DNA of 4,313 nt, filler included, from Albugo candida (lineage: Eukaryota): the NCBI GenBank assembly GCA_040437565.1. It is 4 parts of 4 records of this genome, joined end to end, with 100 filler letters (N's around TTAATTAATTAA, not from the genome) between each part and the next. Parts side by side here need not be neighbours in the genome. Positions count along the whole stretch, not along the records: positions 1 to 1,004 come from JBDOQK010000760.1; positions 1,105 to 2,107 come from JBDOQK010000761.1; positions 2,208 to 3,210 come from JBDOQK010000762.1; positions 3,311 to 4,313 come from JBDOQK010000763.1. One strand, 5' to 3'. The position numbers were made by a program, and so were the translations under genes. This document shows, piece after piece, positions 1 to 4,313 of this stretch (position 1 is its first letter; each line of letters starts with the position of its first letter). The notes under the pieces were generated by a model. That model saw only the letters and a program-made list of their open reading frames with translations, was not told the origin of the DNA and ran no database searches.

Positions 1-1004
1 ACTTCTTTATCACCCCTTACAATCCCAGTTAACCCACCTACAAGACGCTCGACAACCACCAACCATTTTATCAACGTGCCTACTAAGGATGGTATTGCTA
101 ATAATATCAGCCAAATAATGGAAAATATATTAAGCAATGCTAAAGACATTCACGAGCGATTCACTCAAGGCACTGAAATAGAACTTAACGAATTTAAAAG
201 AATGAGGTAATACGTTCATACAGAAATTTTGAAGACATAAATATTCTAACGAATCATGTTTATTATAGTACCAGCTTGTCTTCTATCCTTGATCTTGTTG
301 ATCAAAATGAAAGCTCTCAACGAAAGTTGTTAACAGAAGAACAATGGGGATCAATCAACAAGTTTTTCGCCCACTATTACCAACGACGTCCATATAATTT
401 GTCAGTAACATTGAGAAACACCTGGGACCTTATCACTGTGGTAAGTGTTGCCTTTTTGATGCTATATATAATTACTTATTTGTCTAACAAGCAATTTCAT
501 TTTTGTATATAGTTTTGCCAAAAAACAAACTCGACAATAAAGTCCAAAGGGTATATAAAGAAAATGATGGATGTTGAAGAAAAAAAGCATGGTCAATCTG
601 AAACTTACAAGATATTAGATATCTTCTTTTTCATGTATGGCAAAAATTTGTATTTAAGAAAAAGGCAGATGAGATAGAAAAAGCTTGAACTTTCGTATCC
701 CATATATAATACCTTTTTCTCTCCATTAATTTTGAACAATAACTAACTTAATTATACACTACTACTAGGCTTAATGTATATGATGAAAACGAATGGCTAT
801 TCAATATAAACAACAAGAAGACTGAGTTTGACTTTTTGTCAATTATTTGGGCTCCTTTGTTAAGAAAGATCGTGCATATTCACAATAATATAATTGTAGT
901 TAAAGGGTAATACTTTTTTAATCCATCTGACTTGTAACTCTATTTATTAACTTTTTCAATTCCAATAGCGGTGAATCCACCAATCCTTATACACAATTTA
1001 TGAG
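1..1004 (+). CDS. Partial (5'- and 3'-truncated) intron-containing fungal hypothetical protein; exons 1-206, 269-440, 513-634, 769-906, 969-1004
   Basis: Removing four GT-AG introns gives 674 nt with no stop: TSLSPLTIPVNPPTRRSTTTNHFINVPTKDGIANNISQIMENILSNAKDIHERFTQGTEIELNEFKRMSTSLSSILDLVDQNESSQRKLLTEEQWGSINKFFAHYYQRRPYNLSVTLRNTWDLITVFCQKTNSTIKSKGYIKKMMDVEEKKHGQSETYKILDIFFFMLNVYDENEWLFNINNKKTEFDFLSIIWAPLLRKIVHIHNNIIVVKGGESTNPYTQFM. All four junctions keep the frame. The provided ORF 276-512 is exon 2 running on into intron 2. Confidence 0.88.
207..268 (+). other. Spliceosomal intron 1 (62 nt, phase 2)
   Basis: Donor AG|GTAATA at 207, branch site CTAAC 246-250, acceptor TATAG| ending at 268. 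Removes the in-frame TAA at 208-210. Confidence 0.88.
441..512 (+). other. Spliceosomal intron 2 (72 nt, phase 0)
   Basis: Consensus donor GTAAGT at 441, branch site CTAAC 484-488, T-rich tract, acceptor TATAG| ending at 512. Confidence 0.9.
635..768 (+). other. Spliceosomal intron 3 (134 nt, phase 2)
   Basis: Donor GTATGG at 635, branch site CTAAC 743-747 (in AACTAAC), acceptor CTAG| ending at 768. AT+G joins to ATG and the frame continues into exon 4. Confidence 0.8.
907..968 (+). other. Spliceosomal intron 4 (62 nt, phase 2)
   Basis: Donor GG|GTAATA at 907, candidate branch site TTAAC 947-951, acceptor AATAG| ending at 968. Joined sequence reads VVKG-GESTNPY. Confidence 0.82.
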
Positions 1005-1104
1005 NNNNNNNNNNNNNNNNNNNNNNNNNNNNNNNNNNNNNNNNNNNNTTAATTAATTAANNNNNNNNNNNNNNNNNNNNNNNNNNNNNNNNNNNNNNNN
1101 NNNN
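1005..1104. other. Artificial contig-joining spacer
   Basis: 44 N + TTAATTAATTAA (1049-1060; self-complementary, TAA in all six frames) + 44 N = exactly 100 bp. Confidence 0.98.
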
Positions 1105-1743
1105 CGTTTGTGGTGTTAGTCAAACCCAATGAAATTTGGTGCTGCCTATCAGCTGCAGGATATTATCTACAACTGACGATGCAAACCATTTATCTGGTAC
1201 CTGCTTCACACCTGACAATTTGGATGTTCCCATCTGGATAGAATCTCATAGTTTGCTATACCGGCAAAAACCTTCACAGCGTATCGAAGCGTTACTTGCA
1301 ATGTGGCCCAACATTACAGCTTAACGATCCTATATCAAACTAACGTGTTTCCAATGCTCGGTACATCAAAGTTGATCTAAATTTACGATGATCTATGACT
1401 ATGAGGATCTTTTTGCTTTTAGCAAAAGATACTACAATTTTTTTAATAAAGGACGGGCTCATTTCTAATTGTTGCTCATCCATGCACGATTCCTCGAACA
1501 AACACTTTCAAGTCAAGAGAAAATATTTTTGATTTTCTCTTCCTGTGTAATTTCGTTGGATTCCACACACCGTTCATATAATAGAATGCCGACTCTGCTT
1601 CTCTGATAAGAATAAAGCAAATTCCATAATTTCAAGTCCGAACAGAAGCTAATGATGCGGTGAGGCCAAGTAAGGAGTAAGCTTTGCTTTCCACGTGAAT
1701 TGTTTAAGTTTTGGGTGCATTCCTTGATTAAAAACGTCGTCAT
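1105..1743 (-). pseudogene. Possible degraded coding relic (transposon-associated?), fragmented over several frames
   Basis: The 76-aa ORF 1743-1513 is followed by further protein-like minus-strand fragments interrupted by stops and frame changes: MDEQQLEMSPSFIKKIVVSFAKSKKILIVIDHRKFRSTLMYRALETR*, then AVMLGHIASNASIRCEGFCRYSKL*DSIQMGTSKLSGVKQVPDKWFASSVVDNILQLIGS. The region is less homopolymer-rich than contig 3. No family identified with certainty. Confidence 0.3.
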
Positions 1744-1837
1744 GGATTTTTTGTTCTTGCATAAATTCTTTCCTGTCTCAATAAGCCGGTAAAACGCTTA
1801 CATGTATGCAGTAATTTATCCCTATTCTTTAGCGATT

Positions 1838-2018
1838 CGGTATAGCCACACCCCCCCTAACTTAACTGAGAATACCGGTACCATTACACCCCCTAAATAT
1901 CCTAAATAAATGGGAACCGGTATCACTAACCCCCTAAATTAAAATTAAATTAGATAACCTTAATCACCACACCCCCTTAATTGAATTACAGATTTGCTTT
2001 CTTAATTTTGGGGTGTGG
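1838..2018. repeat. Degenerate ~40-bp-period direct repeat array (4 units) plus one inverted motif copy
   Basis: Direct units: CGGTATAGCCACACCCCCCCTAA (1838-1860), CCGGTACCATTACACCCCCTAAAT (1875-1898), CCGGTATCACTAACCCCCTAAATT (1917-1940), TAATCACCACACCCCCTTAATT (1961-1982). C-runs start at 1851, 1889, 1930 and 1972. Inverted copy AATTTTGGGGTGTGG (2004-2018; reverse complement CCACACCCCAAAATT). Confidence 0.8.
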
Positions 2019-2107
2019 ACATGTGCGCCTGTTGTGACCTTCTTGTTTGCAGGCTCCGCATCTTCGTTTTGGCAGTTCATGCCCCTCCCTCTCAATGTAC
2101 TCAAATG

Positions 2108-2207
2108 NNNNNNNNNNNNNNNNNNNNNNNNNNNNNNNNNNNNNNNNNNNNTTAATTAATTAANNNNNNNNNNNNNNNNNNNNNNNNNNNNNNNNNNNNN
2201 NNNNNNN
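2108..2207. other. Artificial contig-joining spacer
   Basis: 44 N + TTAATTAATTAA (2152-2163) + 44 N, identical to the first spacer. Confidence 0.98.
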
Positions 2208-3210
2208 GAAATAATCTAATAATATTCTTTAACTGCGATATATCCCCCTCTTTTCATTCCCCATTGTCCAGTTTATGGTACTACACTATGCATTATGCAC
2301 AATATTAATTTATCGGAAATCAGTTCATATAAAGCTCGTACAAGCGCTATTTTATTTATATATATTCAAATCAAAAAGAGACAATATATCATGGGTAGCA
2401 TGCAGCATATAGCTTTTATGCATTTCGTTAATACAGTAATTTCTGATCTTCTGCTAAGGGTTGTCCTCAAGTAAAAACAGAAAAGCCAGTTTGCTCCTGT
2501 TAACTTACTGATGGCATCTTCAACCTCAACGGCTAGTACATAAAGCGTATGTGACACACAAAGGTTTATGAAGAAAAAAAAATCTGCTGAAGAGTTTAAT
2601 CCAAGCAGACTTTACAATTCTTTAGTATTCTAGCTCGCTGTAGTCTAAATATTTACCCCTTTATTAAGGCAAAATATACCATTTTGTCAATAAGAGAAAT
2701 ATATTATTTCTTTGTTCTATTATTGCCTTTTTAATTGAAGATTTAAAGTTTTTTTTTTTCTTGCACTAAACCTTTTCGTATAATAATATTAAACTCAACC
2801 TTTTGTCTAGTATGTAATCTCTTTTTTTGATGATATGCCATTTTTTTTTTTAATCATAAAGAAAACAACCGGGAGTTTTTTTTTCTCTCATGTTGATTTT
2901 CACACTAAAATGGTCAATATATCGGCTTTTGATCTTTCAGCTTTTTTGAAAATAGGTATTATCGTGCAGAATAATATTTTATTGATCGTGTTTAATGCTT
3001 TAATATATTTACAAGAAAACAAGACAGAAAAGACAGTCGGATGAAAGGATATTAAATTTATTAAAAGATAAGAGATGATACAATAAAACAAGCGTCCTGC
3101 GCCAGTACATATTTGCAATATAAAAAAAAAAAAAATACTCCTTGAAATTTGCTGTCAAAATTTGCTGTATACTAATTTTTTTGGTAAAGTGTGATTTTAT
3201 CTGATAGATC
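2208..3210. other. AT-rich, largely non-coding contig with homopolymer tracts
   Basis: T11 at 2749-2759 and 2841-2851, A14 at 3122-3135. Its ORFs are short, rich in F/I/L/K, and two overlap antisense, as expected by chance in AT-rich DNA. Confidence 0.6.
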
Positions 3211-3310
3211 NNNNNNNNNNNNNNNNNNNNNNNNNNNNNNNNNNNNNNNNNNNNTTAATTAATTAANNNNNNNNNNNNNNNNNNNNNNNNNNNNNNNNNN
3301 NNNNNNNNNN
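3211..3310. other. Artificial contig-joining spacer
   Basis: 44 N + TTAATTAATTAA (3255-3266) + 44 N, identical to the other spacers. Confidence 0.98.
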
Positions 3311-4254
3311 ATAATATTTCGCTTCGTAAAAGATTATTGCAGAAAACAAGGAGTAATAACGCCGAAGTCTTGGAGCTCGATGCCTGATTATCAAATGACC
3401 AAAAGAGTAGAAATATGGCATGAACAATACTGGCGGTTGTGCTTAGATTTTTCTATGCACGAAGTTTAGAGATCAGAAAGCCGAGGACATTAGTTTTTCA
3501 TTTGGGGATTTTGCACAAGAGCAGAGATAACAGCTATATATCCCAATCTGTTGACGATTTGATAATAAATATTGGACGCAATATTGGACGCAATATTGGA
3601 CGCAATATTGGACGCAATATTAGACATTTGACGATAGCAAGAACTGATATAATGCCATCGACTGATAATATAACAGAATTTATGCTTCATTTGATGAAAC
3701 TAGTATCTAAATACTGCTCAAGTTTAGAATCTTTGTGTTTCGAAAATTAAGATCTACAATATATGCACATCCCATTCTCCGAATTGAGCATCCCAATACT
3801 CCACCTTGAACTCCGGCGTTGTTCTTTTCAATCAGAGCGTTTATCTGCTTTGTTGAAAAAACTACCAAATTTAAACACATTGAATTTCTTTTCTTGTGAT
3901 CAACTCAATACAATTACCGGGAAAAGAGACATGGATTTAAAAAATCTTTATATATATATACCGCATGCAAGTATACAGTCGATTGATATTGACGAAGACT
4001 ACACTGAAAATAATATAATTAATAAGGTATTCTTCGGGATTATCGAGGGCACTGATAACAAGTCTATTTGCCTTTCCTTTAATCTAAAAAACTGTACACC
4101 AAATGGAGCTTTCCATGAAGTATCATCCAAGACGTTTGATGAGAAATATATATCAAGAAATCTGGACTTTAACAAATTTTATACTATTGTTTGCAAATCG
4201 ATACAAAAAGTCGGCATCAAACAAAATGGAGTAGTGAAGAGTTACGTCTTTTAA
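3311..4254 (+). pseudogene. 3' part of a disrupted leucine-rich-repeat (RNI-like / F-box-associated type) protein gene
   Basis: ORFs 3439-3750 and 3763-4254 share a frame and are separated by a single TAA (3748-3750): ...KYCSSLESLCFEN*DLQYMHIPF.... LRR-like LxxLxL units occur on both sides of the stop (NIRHLTI, CSSLESLCF, ILHLELRRC, LPNLNTLNFFSC, LKNLYIYI). A different frame is open from the contig start at 3311 to TAG 3467-3469, implying a frameshift near 3424-3466. No F-box is visible, so the family call is inference. Confidence 0.65.
3568..3625 (+). repeat. 12-bp tandem repeat (AATATTGGACGC)x4 plus partial copy AATATTAGAC, in frame (NIGR x4)
   Basis: Perfect units at 3568, 3580, 3592 and 3604; partial unit 3616-3625. 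Confidence 0.97.
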
Positions 4255-4313
4255 AATATCTTTATCTTTACAAATAGGAGACTTTGCTTATAACATTTAT
4301 CAATTTATCAAAT

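Noticed and set aside
276..512. 78-aa ORF as a standalone membrane protein
   Set aside because: It is exon 2 plus unspliced intron 2. The hydrophobic tail is translated intron and its stop is the acceptor TAG.
1136..1324. 62-aa plus-strand ORF
   Set aside because: Non-ATG start and no recognisable motif; the opposite strand looks at least as protein-like.
1851..1940. Telomeric repeat tract (CCCTAA)
   Set aside because: Only isolated CCCTAA hexamers about 40 bp apart, not a tandem tract, and not at a contig end.
1838..1982. CRISPR-like repeat-spacer array
   Set aside because: Units are too divergent, the linkers are under ~20 bp and low-complexity, no cas gene is present, and the window appears eukaryotic.
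1800..2024. ACATGT at 1800-1805 and 2019-2024 as a target-site duplication around a MITE
   Set aside because: The enclosed segment has no terminal inverted repeats at both ends, and a 6-bp match at this distance can easily be chance.
2835..3118. Overlapping ORFs 2835-3044 (+) and 2900-3118 (-), and ORF 2366-2557 (-)
   Set aside because: Short, composition-driven (F/I/L/K) ORFs in homopolymer-rich DNA with no recognisable motifs.
1049..3266. Repeated palindrome TTAATTAATTAA at exact 1103-bp intervals as a biological repeat or recombination site
   Set aside because: Each copy is centred in identical 44-N pads and encodes stops in all six frames. It is a synthetic linker, and the spacing reflects equal contig lengths.
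3490..3690. 66-aa minus-strand ORF with SNIA repeats
   Set aside because: Antisense shadow of the LRR-like gene, held open partly by the 12-bp repeat.
3748..3750. Stop-codon readthrough or alternative genetic code
   Set aside because: A single internal TAA in a gene that also appears frameshifted; the same gene ends in TAA and the contig 1 exons contain no internal stops. Pseudogenisation or error is simpler.
1..4313. A multi-gene system combining a nuclease-like gene, a repeat array and an LRR gene
   Set aside because: The components lie on separate contigs joined artificially, so their co-occurrence carries no biological information.

Overview
This window is not one contiguous locus. It is four unrelated ~1 kb contigs (1-1004, 1105-2107, 2208-3210, 3311-4313; lengths 1004/1003/1003/1003) joined by three identical artificial 100-bp spacers (44 N + TTAATTAATTAA + 44 N). 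No synteny can be inferred across the spacers. The DNA is AT-rich and eukaryotic, with short GT-AG spliceosomal introns; it most resembles an early-diverging fungus such as a Mucorales/Mucoromycota species (inference). Contig 1 is an internal fragment of a 5-exon gene that splices into one stop-free frame of ~224 aa, which the ORF track misses; it may belong to a fungal family with a PD-(D/E)xK nuclease-like C-terminus. Contig 2 has a decayed minus-strand coding relic next to a ~40-bp-period array of CGGTA...CACCCCCTAA motifs plus one inverted copy, possibly a transposon end. Contig 3 is mostly AT-rich non-coding DNA with a speculative micro-exon gene. Contig 4 is the 3' part of an LRR-like (RNI-like/F-box-associated type) gene disrupted by an in-frame stop and a probable frameshift, with a 12-bp in-frame tandem expansion. 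I found no solid support for a novel multi-gene system. The contig 2 motif array and the contig 1 protein are the best leads.
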